A stretch of DNA of 64,000 nt from Octopus sinensis (Eukaryota), in NCBI RefSeq assembly GCF_006345805.1, contig NC_043009.1:49414001-49478000 (forward strand). The letters run 5' to 3'. Every line of letters starts with the position of its first letter. Within the stretch, counting starts at the first letter, position 1. The translations under genes and the position numbers were made by a program. A model generated the notes under the pieces. It had not been told where the DNA came from. It worked only from the letters and a program-made list of their open reading frames with translations, and searched no databases. Below, piece by piece: positions 26,463 to 40,270 of this stretch.

Positions 26463-27283
26463 CTTTAGTGGGTTGATAAAATAAGTGCTAGTTAAACACT
26501 GGGGTTGATGAAATCAACTAGCCCCTCACTCAAAATTTCAGGCCTAGTGCCTGCAGTAGAAAGAATTATCATTATTATGCTTTGGTAGAATTGTTAGAGC
26601 ATTCAGAAAACAATACCTTATGGCATTTGTTCCATCTCTCTAAGCTCTGAGCTTAAATCCTTCCAAAATTAACTTTACCATTCCACTTTTTGGGACTGAT
26701 AAAATTAAGCATCAATTAACTCCTCCCCTCAAAATTCAGAAACCATTATTATTATTGTCATCATTATTATTGACTGACATCAACTTTCTCCCCACCATGC
26801 CCCAAAATGGCATCCCTCTCCAAAGAGAGATAAGGAGTAAGAAATATATATACTCTGGTAATCTTACAGTATATAGACATAAAGAAATATATTCAAGCAT
26901 ATATATACACAAATAGTGAAAAGCAAAGTTAAATTAGTGATGAATATTAGTCTAGTTTAAGATACAATGGATGGCAGATAAAATACCTTGTGGTATTTAA
27001 CTGCATTATTTTATGTTCCAAGTTAGAATTCTACCAAAGTAGCCATAGCTCTCCCTCAGCAAGGTTAAAACTATACCCCTTCCTCAAAATTTGAAGCCTT
27101 GTGACATATGTTCAACACACCTCATGTATCCTAGTTTTAGAAAATGCACATCTTGTTCCTGAGAAGCAGAAGTGAGTAAAAACAAAATCTGTCCAACTCA
27201 TATCAGCAGAGAAAAGCAAATATAAAATGCTGCTGATGATTACATGATGAACGCTACGCGTCAATATTAGCTTAGTGGTATTC

Positions 27284-27325
27284 AGTTTGTTTAATTAGCA
27301 ACTTTAATTGCTAATTAAACAAACT
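27284..27325. repeat. Perfect 18-bp inverted repeat with 6-nt spacer; partial second copy at 27333-27359
   Basis: agtttgtttaattagcaa-ctttaa-ttgctaattaaacaaact. Confidence 0.9.
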
Positions 27326-28648
27326 AATTATAGTTTAATTAGCAACTTTAATTGCTAATCCACATCTTTTACATAACAGTATGTGGTATAATTTTTAGTT
27401 TGGTATTAATCCTAATTTAATATCTAACACATATCCTCCATATCACACAATAGGCTCCAGTTTCAAGATTTGTTTCTCTCCTTCATCTTTAAACCTGTTA
27501 ACTCCCCGTTCTTCCTTCCTCTTCTATATTACAACGTAGGGAGAGAGCTGGTAATGCATAATGCAATGTTTAACAACATAATACTGTCATGTCTAGTCAT
27601 TAGTAAAACATTCAGCTAAAGCCAAGTATTAATTTCTACATGTTCCGATACAACTAAGCCAAAGCAATACAGTCTCAGCTGCAATGTTTTGCTTACATTC
27701 TTAACCCTTACACTTCAAACGGTCGGTAGTTAAGTAGAGTTTATTGTATATATTATCACTCTAATCGGAGTAGGTTAAATAAAGAGCATTGCACAGACAT
27801 GTGGTGGAATTAAAGCCTTGTTTGATTGCTGGTGCCGTCTGGAGGTTTGAAGTCAGAATTACAAAATGTTTGGTACTCAATCTTCATTAAAGACATGTTT
27901 TTGTTGGTGTCCTCACAATTCGTTCTTTATGACTCCTATGAAAAAAATATGATTTTCCAATCTTGGCAATGATGGGAAAAAAATTGCTATGAAATATGTG
28001 CATATATGTAAATGTGGGAGTGTATGTGTGTGGGGGTAATATAGGAAAAGAGAACTAGTATGAACATTAATCTTAATAGAGTTCCTGTGTTATTCAAAGA
28101 CAATATACATTTACAATAAACAAAAAAAGAGTGTGTGAAAGGTAACAATATATGTATATATATATATTTGCATGTGTGTGTCCACAATATTGTATGTATG
28201 TATGTATGTATAAGGAAGGGGAGAGGGAGGGGGAGAGAGAGAGAGGGAGTTCTAAGAGGTGGTGGGTGAGCTAACACAATGAATAGACAATAAAGAGTCG
28301 GACCAAGAACTAGATTCCCAGACAGAGTGAAAACAAAAGATTACGAACAACAACAATACTAACTAAGAAATCCTTAAACCCAACCTCCCCCCCCCGACAC
28401 CAACACCATCACCACCTAAAGAGAAAAAAATCAAAAACAAAAACAAAAAAAAAACAGCATAAAAGAAAGCAGGAAAAAAAAGAGAGCAGACAGTAATAAA
28501 AAAGAGAACAACGACAACAACAACAGCTAAAATAGTATTAGTGAATCAGTATTGGTAGACAGTTATGTGAGTGTTATGGAGAAGAAGGTGTTGTGTGAAG
28601 TTCAGAAGGTCTGATAGCCTGGAGATCAGTTTAATTAACGGGGGGGGG

Positions 28649-28650
<2 letters not shown>

Positions 28651-28734
<84 letters not shown>

Positions 28735-28750
28735 AAGAGAGAGAGAGAAC
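28651..28750 (+). repeat. (GA)n microsatellite
   Basis: Direct reading. Confidence 0.95.
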
Positions 28751-29233
28751 GGACTGTTCTGTTATCCTCAAGATATTACAGACAGATTTTCTAGGATTCT
28801 GTCCTCCACCCTCCTCGACACAATATTACCAATAAGAATTACTGTTGCTATAATGTCTTCTCTCTGTAATTAGATGTCTCAGAGGCAGGAAAGAAAAGAC
28901 TGTTGTGTGTGTGTGGTGTGTGTGTGTGTGTGTGTGTGAACATACAAGAGCATGAGTGTCTGACAGTTTGTATGTGTACATGGGTATAGATATCACAGAG
29001 AGAAGCTATGCTTACGAATGAGAGGAGCAGGAGAAAACGTGATAGATAGAGAGAGGTAGATCTTATATGCGAGTGTATATGTATATATGCATATAAATGA
29101 TACAACAGTGCATGTGCTAAGGAGAGAGAGGGAGGGGGGAGGGAGAACTGCATACATAAATATGTGCATATGAGAGAAAAAGTTTATGTCTATGTAGTTA
29201 AAGTACAAGCAGAAACAGTTACAGGTATATATA

Positions 29234-29266
<33 letters not shown>

Positions 29267-29338
29267 GGTGAGAAAGTTGGTGTGTATATATATACACACA
29301 CATATAAAAACATGTATATACACATAAATGTGTGTGTG

Positions 29339-29387
<49 letters not shown>

Positions 29388-32215
29388 ATATATATATATA
29401 TATATATATAGACACATGCATATATGGGTATAGGACGTCACCAAGACAGTGGAGACATACAAGGAAACCAAAAATAACAAATATGCAGGGTCATTAGACC
29501 AGAAATATATATATTCAAGAGTAAGTACATAAATGTGAAACAAGGTGGGAAAGATAGTACTCGAATACTAAAGGCAGAGTAATATGCTTTACTATTAAAG
29601 TTGCAAAAACATCACATTCCTGCCCATTGGAAAGTTATATATTTTCTGCATTTTTTCTATCTGATGAATGGGAATGTGAAACTTTGAGTAGCAGTTTTTT
29701 GTGATATTTTTGAGATGTTTTTGCAGATTTAACAATAAAGTACATGTATTACATACATATATATATATATACTATATATATATATATATATATATATAAA
29801 TATATATAAGCATGAAAATGAGGAATATATCTTCATATAAGGGAGATATGTAATAATGTAATAGATATAGTGCAGTGAGTGCTATGCATACAGTAGAAAC
29901 TTGATCCAAGTTACACTAAATAAATTAGCATTAGTTTATTGGTTAAAAGCTTTTTGTAGTCAATAACAGCACAGCATTGTGGGTAATACAACTAAGACTG
30001 CTTCACAGCATCTATATTTTGAGTAACAAGATGCAAGGATATTGCATGATGGGTAAGAAGGATCATGGCTGCTGTCATGTGGATAGTAGATCCAGTAGAT
30101 ACTGCATTGAGGTTTGTAAAAACTAAAAATATTAAAGAATGGGTAATGAAACTCCCACAGTATGGGAGATAACAGAGTCAGTGTACACTATAGTGTCAGT
30201 AAATGCAAACTTTTTGAAGGATGGGTGAACAAAGTTAGATAGGTAAAGAAAAGAGAAGAATTGATCTAAGTTTTATAATTATTTATCTCACATGATGATG
30301 TACAAATGTTTCACTTACTCTCTCATCTCACCAGTAACATTACTGCTGCATTTCAACTGCCACGGGGCACGTGCTTTCTTGGCTTACTAATTACATATAC
30401 ATATATGAATTTGAGTATATATGAATTTGGAGACACACACACATACACTCATAGACACACAGTGACTCGAACAGCAACTGTTATAGAAAGAGAGCTGTTG
30501 AATGGCAGGAAGGCTAGAAGTGAGACGCTGGCAAATAGAAATCACAAATGTATATGAGAGGAAAAGTGCAAAAGTGAGGTGTGAGAGGGGGGGGAGAGAA
30601 AGAGTAAAGGAATGATATACAAGATAAAGTAGGAGGAGTGGAAGGTAATGAGGAAGTGATGGTAGGGAAGGGGATAAGAGAATATGTTCGACTGATATTA
30701 AACATAGATGAAGAATGAAATAAATTTTAAAATATTAAAAAGAAAAATGCAGAAAATATATATATAAAAAAGTAAATGAAAAATATATAAATATGAATTA
30801 CGAAAAAAATAATCCCCCACAAGATCTAAATTAAAGCAGGAAGTGAAAATTGTTAATGTAATGGATCAGTGAAAGTCTAAAACATTTGGTATTCTAAAGG
30901 CACACTAAATCAAACAGAAGGACTTACCGTCAATGCTTGTCTACGGAAATTACAAGATATTGCAGAGATCAAAGACATCTCGTTTAGTTTTCAATACAGT
31001 AAAGAAACCATTTAGAGCGCCATTTTGCTTTTCTCTCTACAGCAGAATGGGAATGCTAATATCTATCAAATAATTTCTAAGAAATTTATAGAAAAGAGGA
31101 CAGAGAAAAAGAGAGAAGGGGTGGCAGAGAGAAAGAGAGAGAGAGAGGGGGGGGACAGACTGAGACAAAGAGTGAAAACGAGAAGGTGGGTGGTTGTAGG
31201 GGTTGTAGTAGTTGTAGGTGAGGTTGTGGTGGTGGTAGTGTTGTTTGTGTGAAGTGGAGGGTAATACAATCCTGTATACATAATAGCTATGTAATTCAAA
31301 CATTTTTCAATATGGTTGCTGTCTTTTTCTCTCTGTGTATACATGTATGTGTGTGTGTGTTTGTATTTTTTCTCCTTTACTTTTTAATAAATAGTTAAAT
31401 TTAAAAGTAATAATAATAATAATAATAATTCATCAATAAAAAAAAATCAAAAAGAAGAAGAAAGTAATACTACTGCAACTACTACTACTACTAATAATAA
31501 TAAGTTAATTTTTCCTGAATTTTCTGCTGGGCTGAACAAAAATATTTATCCTTTAATGCTAATAAATTTCAACAGCAATATCAATTCTGGGATGTTTTCC
31601 ATTAAACAACAAAAATCAAAAAGGAAAGAAAGAAAAAAAAGATAAATAACAAAAGAAAGAAGAAATAAAAAAAAAACATGTAAAGAATCCAGTAAATTCT
31701 ATGAAATTTATTGTGCTACTACTGTCTTTTTCATTCAATGTCTTGGTCCTTCATTACCACATACATACATACATACATACATACATACATACTTACATGT
31801 TTGTGTATGCATACATATACACATGTATATATACATATATACATACATGTATGCATATACATGTATATATATATATATACGTATATACACACATGTATAT
31901 ATACATATATATACACATACACACATGTATATATACATATATATACGCATACACATGTATATATACATATATATATGCACACAAATGTACATATACATTA
32001 TACACACACACATATACATATGCATATACATACAGATATATGCATACACAGATATATATATATATATATATATACATACCTATATGAATACATATGTATA
32101 CATACAAACAGATGCATATATGCATACACATATATATACACACACATTATGCATACATGCATGCACATTTACACACACCACACCCACCCACTCTCTCACT
32201 GTCTCTCTATATGTG

Positions 32216-32246
<31 letters not shown>

Positions 32247-32251
32247 ATATA

Positions 32252-32282
<31 letters not shown>

Positions 32283-32554
32283 GAACGGTTGTTTCTGAAT
32301 GCACATGTGCCTGTGTAGGCATGCAAGCGTGGGACTATAAAACTCATAAATTGTTTACTTAGATTTTTTTCCCCCCTTTTTTTCATAATTTTTTTTTCTA
32401 TATAAATTTCAACTTCTGTTGAAGATCGAAGTGGGGAGAGTAAAACTGCTGGAGTGTAAGTGGTTTATAAATAAATTTTACTGATAGAATTAATATATAG
32501 CATCAGAGAAGCCAGGCCATAGAGACTACAGGAATAATACTCATACGAATATTC

Positions 32555-32649
<95 letters not shown>

Positions 32650-33189
32650 GTATAGATTCACACATTTATATACACACATTTATATACACACACATATACG
32701 TATACATTAAATATAACTAATGTAAAGTACTGAGACAGTGATATCTGGATAAATAATGACTAAGTTTACGTACGTATGTTCAATATATATACATTGAGCT
32801 TGGTGGTTTAAAGAGACTATTTATTAAACATACATGTGAACCGACAGTTTATATGTGTGTATATGTATGTATGTACACACACACATATATATTTATTTAT
32901 GCATGATTATATATATACATACTATATGCATACATATATACACTAATTCTCTGTCAGGTTTGACACTGTAGACTCAGTTGTTTGGTCAACTTGACTATCA
33001 TTTCATTGGATTTTCAAATAAGTGGCTGAATATTCAACAGACACCTGTACCCTTATTCTAATTCTCAGATGGAGTCAGCATGACACAGTGTACCAAAGCT
33101 GGAAATTTGAATCATGAGTACAGTCTATCTAACCATCATCCAAACAGTTTCTATCAACCTATTTTCAATTGCAAGGTTTGCATCGGCTC

Positions 33190-33570
33190 TAGTTTATCTT
33201 ACAAACAATAACTCTGAGCACCTTTTCAAACTCCACCCGTCTAACACCCGTGGACATATTTACAAAGTCAGAAAACAGCACAGCTCCCATGACTTTAGGA
33301 AACATTTTTCCACACTGAGAGTTGCTGAAGCATGGAACAAACTGCCGGCATCGGTTGTTAGTTGTCGGAGCACTGCATCCTTCAAAACTTCCATGCTTTC
33401 TGAGATTCGCCAACACAACACCTGATTTCCTCCCCTCCATACACACACAAGCATGTATCTGACTCATACATTGTTCGCTTTCCAGACATTTGTACATTAC
33501 TGCATACACTTTATACGCACTTTCTAACAAGTTGTGGTGCACCTGAGCAGTGTATTCAATAATTTCATTA
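33190..33570 (+). mobile_element. CR1/L2-type LINE 3' end (ORF2 C-terminus plus 3' UTR)
   Basis: Translation SNTRGHIYKVRKQHSSHDFRKHFSTLRVAEAWNKLPASVVSCRSTASFK fits the TRGH..K...R..F..RV...WN.LP..VV...FK tail motif. Confidence 0.85.
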
Positions 33571-34269
33571 TATATATAATATCACTTGCTCAAGATACTT
33601 GCATAGTAGGATTGAACCTGAGACCACATATTTGCAAAGTGAAATTCTTAACCAGTCAACAATGCTGTGGCCATATATATGAACATATCAATTAATAGGC
33701 AATTATAGGTAAACATAATTCACTCAATTGTTTAAAAGGTCATTTGAATATGTTAGGGTCAGTTGGATATGGATGTATTTGAAGCAGGATTTTAACAGAT
33801 GGATGCTTGTCCTCTTGTCAACATTTACCTGTTTCTCAAGTAAGAGATACTTTAGCTTGCAAGTCTTTGATAGTGCAGAGCAATTGGTCACAATGTCAAC
33901 AAGGAGTCACTACTTTGTACAAGTGAAGACAAAAGATGGCAACATTTATGCATATTTGTGCCCACACATACATGATGGGCATCCTAAAATCTAGCAAAGT
34001 TTCTGTAGATGGATGCCTTTTCTAATACCAGCAACTGTACAGAGTGTACTGGGTGCATTTTCCCTAGGTGTCTCCTCTAGTGAGGTTATTCACATATAAA
34101 ATGTCACACAAAGAAGAAAGAATGGGGGAAATGAAAGTTGGAAAGTAAAGTGCTGGATTAAATATCTAGCAGGATTGAATTTCAACTGTTTATTCTTTGT
34201 GCTTAAATACTACAAAGACTTATACAAATGATTTTAGTACCATGATTTGTTGAACTTCATTCAAATTGG

Positions 34270-34530
34270 TAGCTTCAAAGAAACTCCCAAATTGTTGTTT
34301 TCTAAATAAAGTTTTTCGTTAAACATAGTTTATGGCATAAGGTGCACCTACAGAACAAGGTTTTTCTGTTAGGAGAGAAGAGGCAGATTCTAAATTTTGA
34401 CAGACAGTAGCTTCTTAGTTCCTATAAAAATATTGGCAGACCACTTCAGAGAAACTCCCAAAAAGTTGCTTTCTAAATAAAGTTTTTACTTAACCATAGT
34501 TTACGGCATAAGGTGCACCCACAGAACAAC
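34270..34530 (+). repeat. Two diverged ~85-bp direct repeats containing ataaggtgcac (possible DNA-transposon remnant)
   Basis: gaaactccca...ttctaaataaagttttt...catagttta(t/c)ggcataaggtgcacc(t/c)acagaacaa occurs twice. Confidence 0.6.
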
Positions 34531-35036
34531 TTAAGCTTCTAATCTATCATAAGATTATCTTAGATTTGCATTTATTCTTATTCTTACTGTGTATATTCTT
34601 ATTCTTACCGTGGCACCTATTGCAATGAACTTAACTTTCCTTCTTATCAACAATGGGGAAAATATGTTGGCTACGTTAACCCTCATCCACATCATGTTTA
34701 CTTCCATATGTTCTTCAGAGCTTAAATCTTTAGATTTACCCATCCACTGCTCAGCCACTATCTTAAAATTCCACCACATACACACTAACAACTAGATTAT
34801 GATGTAACAGCAGTTTACGAAAGGGATAAACGAACCGTAGGCTAATCACTAGGGGCTCATCCTTCATTTGCTGTGCAACATTCAAAAAGAAGACAGAAAA
34901 TAGGATTACAGAGAATACCAAAAGATATTTCGAGATTTGCTCTCATCGTCATCTTCAATAGTAGCACCTTGAAGGAGGTGTTACACTAATCCCTTACTGA
35001 CTGTGTCTGAGAAATATAAAAGTTGGTGCAACTTAC

Positions 35037-35154
35037 CATGTATATTGAGTAATATTCCATTTCACTTTCATGAGAATATGACTTGTAGTTCGGACAGATG
35101 ATATTTACTCGGTCTCCAATATTTACTCGTAGTTTCTGATTTTCTGGTCTAAAA
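35037..35154 (-). CDS. Efn: Ephrin internal exon A (N-terminal part of receptor-binding domain): FRPENQKLRVNIGDRVNIICPNYKSYSHESEMEYYSIYM
   Basis: Acceptor ttctattctatttccag| and donor ATG|gtaagt; 118 nt, phase 2 to 0. Translation matches the ephrin pattern V-x-x-G-D-x-x-x-I-I-C-P...E-Y-Y-x-I-Y-M and joins in frame to exon 7510-7339. Confidence 0.93.
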
Positions 35155-35879
35155 CTGGAAATAGAATAGAATAAAATAAAATAAAATAAATGAATATAAA
35201 AATGATAAACATCCAGGTATATGAAAAATATAAAAATAAATACACAAAACCTAAAACAAAAAATCCTACGAATATATGATACAAAGTAAGCAAAGAAACC
35301 TGAAAGAAAATCTTCAAAAAGGAATGAAAAACGTCAGAATTATTATTTCATTATATATTGGTATCATAAACTTGGTTCATGTTATACCATGTTAATGGGG
35401 TGCATGTGTGAAACACTGCATGTTTTGTTTTGTTTTGAGAGAAGAGCATAACGTTCCTATGCTGCATCTGTTTGGTTTTGTCGTGGGTTTTATTTTAAGA
35501 TTTCTGATATTAATTTTCTGGTATTATTAGTTTCATCTTGCTCAATGTGAGTTATTTTCTTTTCTTGGGTGATGTTGTGTGATTGGCAGCTATGTGTGTA
35601 TTAGTGTTTCTATGGTGATTGCGTACAGTGTGTGCTGCTGAGTGGGTTGCGTTATTTAATGGGTGGTAACTGTTTACAATGTGATTTATGGTGTTATAGT
35701 ATTGAGGATCGATTATGCAAGAGTATGTGCTGCATTATTTTATTAATTGTAGAATATGTGCTGTGTGTTGTGTTGTGTGTTATAGCATAGAATGATGATT
35801 GTGTAAGATATGTGCAATATGAATTGTGATACATTATTGGGTGGCAATAATGATAATATTTATTATTTATCTTCATCAT

Positions 35880-36345
35880 CATTCAATAATCTTACTTTAA
35901 TTGCTTATTTTTTCCATTGCATCTTAGAGTGCAGCTCTGTCTGCCTTAGGTATATGAAGTGTTTTCCTTTGGCTCTGTGTTCTATGTAATTGGAATGTAC
36001 AGGGCCTAGAAATTCTATCTTTGTATGGTGTAAATATTTGAAGTCCTGGTGCTTTGGTTATGCATTTGTCTACATGTTTCTTTTTTATCCATTCTCAAAA
36101 CACCTGTTAATATAAGGACTGTTTGTTTCTAATCCCACCACAATTTTGGTTATCTCCATTCAAAAATTTTTATGTTTACATGTTTTCTTCATATCTTTGA
36201 AGGATACATTTTTTTTATCTGTTGGGACTGATAATTCAATTAGGAGATGCTGCCTATGATAACAATATCCAACTGATTATCCTTGATCTCATTTAGCGAG
36301 CAATCTGGTATGTAATTGCTGAGTAATTCCCCAACACCTTTTCTG

Positions 36346-36391
<46 letters not shown>

Positions 36392-36680
36392 CATCTCTTT
36401 CAAGTTGGTATTTCCTAATGCTGTCCTAGTTTCTAGTATATGAAAATCCCCCCACCAACTCTGATGTTCTTGTAGATTTATTCTTTATTGGCTGAGGCTG
36501 AGCAACCTGAGACACTATAATCAACCTTTGAATATCCTGCAGTTAATTAAGGATTTCTACTTTATAACATACACTTGGTGATGCTTCCTGGGCTTTAATC
36601 CTGTGCTACAAAAATCAAGAATCTTTCAGTTTTAATTTCAAGTCCTGTGCTTTTGAGCTAGTGCAAAAATTTTCGCCTGT
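35880..36680 (-). mobile_element. Highly decayed non-LTR retrotransposon 3' fragment of the RLE (R4/NeSL-like) type
   Basis: Minus-strand translation fragments TGLEIKTERFLIFVAQD, SGCS, DIVII, IELSVPTD and KAPGL resemble the zinc knuckle and restriction-like endonuclease region. Many stops and frameshifts. Confidence 0.6.
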
Positions 36681-37197
36681 CTATTTCCATCCAGTTCAAC
36701 TTTTCTGAGTGTTGTATCTCTTGGGGGCTTTTCTTTCAGCATTGCAATCTGCAGTCCTATTTCAATTTAGATCTTATTATTTTTTTTTTTTCTCAGAATT
36801 TCTTTTTTTTTCCCTTTTCGCTTCAAAACTGTCTATCAACTTCTACTTTATATTTATTGGTTCTTGGAAATTAGAAAACAGTTTCTTCTTTTGGTCATAT
36901 TTTGTAGCTAATTTTTATTGATTTTCCCTTTTTTTCTTTGTTAGCTATTTTTGTAATCTTACAGTGGATATTTTATAATAGTTTTCTGGTTACATTAGGC
37001 CTCTACCTCTTAGTATTCATGGCTATGAATAATCTTTTTATGTCAGAGTTTTAGTGGTATATTCTAATTTGTAGCCATAATTTTTCTTGCTTATCTATTT
37101 AGTCTAGCTAATTTCATTTAGTATCCAATTGAGAATATTATAACTATAACTAGAGTACTGATAGCTTATTTCCTTATTATTATTATTATTATTATTA

Positions 37198-37234
<37 letters not shown>

Positions 37235-37561
37235 TTTGCATCTAGCTCCACTTTAAGTATTAATCTAATTGCATCTTTAATATTCCTTGCTAACTATTTT
37301 CTTTCATTTGTATACATTATATTCTGTCTCATTCATCAATTTCTAAGTATTTGTAAATCTCTGCATGGTGTAATCCTTTTATCTCTATATCTTTATCTAA
37401 CATGATATCAGTGTCTTTAATTAATTTTCCTTTTTTCAAGGTAGGGTTGCTTTGGAACTTTTTTCTAATCCAATCCAATCAGTTCTGGTAGTATATCTAT
37501 GTACTATCTGTAGCAGTGTTTCAAATTGTTTATTATCACTGTTATTATCATCATCATTATT

Positions 37562-37775
37562 AAGGCGGTAGCAGACAGAAATGTTAGCATGCCAGGCAAA
37601 ATGCTTAGCAGCATTTCGTTTGTTTTCACATTCTGAGTTCAAACTCTGTTGAGGTTGACTTTGCCTTTCCTCCTTTCGGTATCGATAAAATAAGTACCAG
37701 TCAAGTACTGGGGTCGATGTGACTGACTTACCACCCCCTATTTCTGGCCTTGTGCCAACAGTAGAAAGGATTATT
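37562..37775 (+). mobile_element. OR-like SINE
   Basis: aggcggtagcagacagaaatgttagcatgccagg...gagttcaaactctgttgaggttgactttgcc...ggggtcgatgtgac, followed by (ATT)n. Confidence 0.75.
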
Positions 37776-38628
37776 ATTATTATTATAATTATTATTCTAT
37801 GCAACTGTTGCTGTTATTTACATGGACAAAGTTTTTGTTTTTTTACTCAGTTGCTAGTTTGCTTTATTGACAACTGTAGAGTATAATTTCCGTCTAGTTA
37901 TATAGTGATTGTGAAAATAGTAATAATTTCTGATTAGGAATCATTGTTTCAAACACACACTTTCTTCTTTTACTTTTTTTTTTTTTTTTAATAATATTTG
38001 GGCAATGTTTATTTATATAAGAGAATCTTCTCTTCATTTCATAAATAAATAATGTTGCAGAATCTGTGTTGTGAAATAAGACTTAAAGAAAAAAAAAAAA
38101 AAGGAAATAAACAAATAAACAAAAGAAAGGGAAAGAAAAAAAATAACAAAGTAAGTTTAAAAAAAAAAAAAATACTAATTATAAACAACTTTGTTGGTTG
38201 TAAAACTGAAATTCTAATGTGTTGATTATTGTTGTGTGCGGTGTGGGAAAGAAAAAGCTGAATTTTGTTATAAATCATTTATTTATATATATACTTGTTT
38301 TCATTGAATCTTGCCAATAATAAAGTGGTGTAACATGAGATACAATTGGAAAGATAGAAAAAGAGTAAATAAATAGGCCGAGGTTCATTATGAAAGAATA
38401 ATAATGTCCATTAGAAACAATGTTACAACTAAAGTTGAGGGGTTTCTTTCTTTCTTTCTTTCTTTTCCAGTTTACTAATATTCTTTCTTTTTTTATTCAC
38501 TCTCATTGAAACTTTGTGATAAATTTTCATTTTCTAGCTCGGCTCTTAGAACCTCGGTTGCCAAGGTAGGATCTTATATAATGTTATTTAACTTAATGCC
38601 AAATATGACATGAGATAGAGAGGGAAAG

Positions 38629-38631
<3 letters not shown>

Positions 38632-38684
<53 letters not shown>

Positions 38685-40228
38685 TGGAAGAGAGAGAGAG
38701 AGAAAGTGGAAGAGAGATAGAGAGAGACTAATGAACAAGAGCTGAAAATATATATGCGTGTGGATGTATATGTATAGGTGCAATGATGTGGTGTTGAAGA
38801 GAGAGAGAGAGAGAGAGAACAAGATAGCAATACAGCTTAAATTGAAGTTATAGAAGGTGAAGATTGCCAACAACTAGTTGAAACTACCAAAACAAAAACT
38901 GTTAACAGAAACAGAACATTAGAATTTATTGCCAGTTAATAACTGGGATTCTTCACAAGAAAGAGCTATGGAGTAAGGGAGGAATGGAGGATCTATAGAG
39001 CTGGAAATTTTCTGTTGCAGTATGTTAGCTGATTGTAATTTCACTCATAATTTCGATTCACCAAAATCAACAACAATGAAACCTTTGTAAGAAACAGCAG
39101 CTAAATCTCCCTCAAATTACACCCTGGTGTCTTAACAAAAACAAATGAAGAATACATTGGACAATATAACCAATGGTATTTAAGTTAAGTTAAGTTAATT
39201 TTGGCTCAAAAAGCAAGGCCATGTAGGGGGACATGGAGTTATGTACAGGGTGGTGTTCATGCAAAGAGTTCAGGCCATTTCTGGTCAAGAGAGACTTTGA
39301 ACTGAGCGGTCATCGGCATCTTCACTTTCTCGTCCGGCAGCTTATTCCACGGATCTGCAACCCGGACGGAGAAAGCCCCTCTCTTTCGATTGAGATGAAA
39401 TCGTCGCAGATAGAGCTTAACAAAAACAAAGTATTTATATATAAAAACAAGAGGGTGATGGTTGGAATGCCTTTGGTCATAAGCTGTCCAACCAGAAACT
39501 GACCTGATGGTAAACAGCAACCACACTAAAATTGAAACTTCAAAAATCAAAATGGCACTTGTTACTTTTGGAGACTCAAATATGGTAACTTCTGAATGTC
39601 AAAGAACGAAGGTATTTAAAACAAAGGTGTTTTAAAATGTCTTCCTTCCGTCATGCTTTGGGTACTTTGTTTTTTTTTTGTGTTCCAAAGCTTATACCAT
39701 CAATTCATAAACACGATAAGACCCTCCTCTATATCACGCTAACACACACGAACATATATATTGCTTCATCTTCTTTGATGATAACTTGTTATCGATATTC
39801 ATCTATCTTAAAAGCTCAAAAGAACATTAACCTGTGGAATGCTATGTTTTTCCATTTTCTGCTGTTTACTAAATATTGTTGATGTTCAGATGAAGAAGAA
39901 GAGCAAGAAAAAAGCAATGACATCAGAGAGAGAGAGAGAGATGAAATCTTGATGCTAGTTACTTATTGCACGGGAACATGTTAAATTGGCTTCATTGCAG
40001 ATGCAGTGTTTGTAGATTTTAGCTGCAATGTTCACTTTACAAGAACAGTTTCTATTGCAACAGAAATGAGTTTGATATCTTCTTTGAGGAAGCAGTATTC
40101 TTTATTCTTCACATGTCTTGTGTCAATAAAGAATCAAAATAAAAAAGACAAAATATGAAACAAAATGCCAGAGAATCATACAAAGTCACAACAACACAAA
40201 ACTATCATTATCGATAAGGTCTTAGAAG

Positions 40229-40270
<42 letters not shown>

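Noticed and set aside
34555-34795. Overlapping 78/68-aa ORFs just downstream of exon A
   Set aside because: No ephrin or other motif and no matching splice phases; the real exon is 35154-35037.
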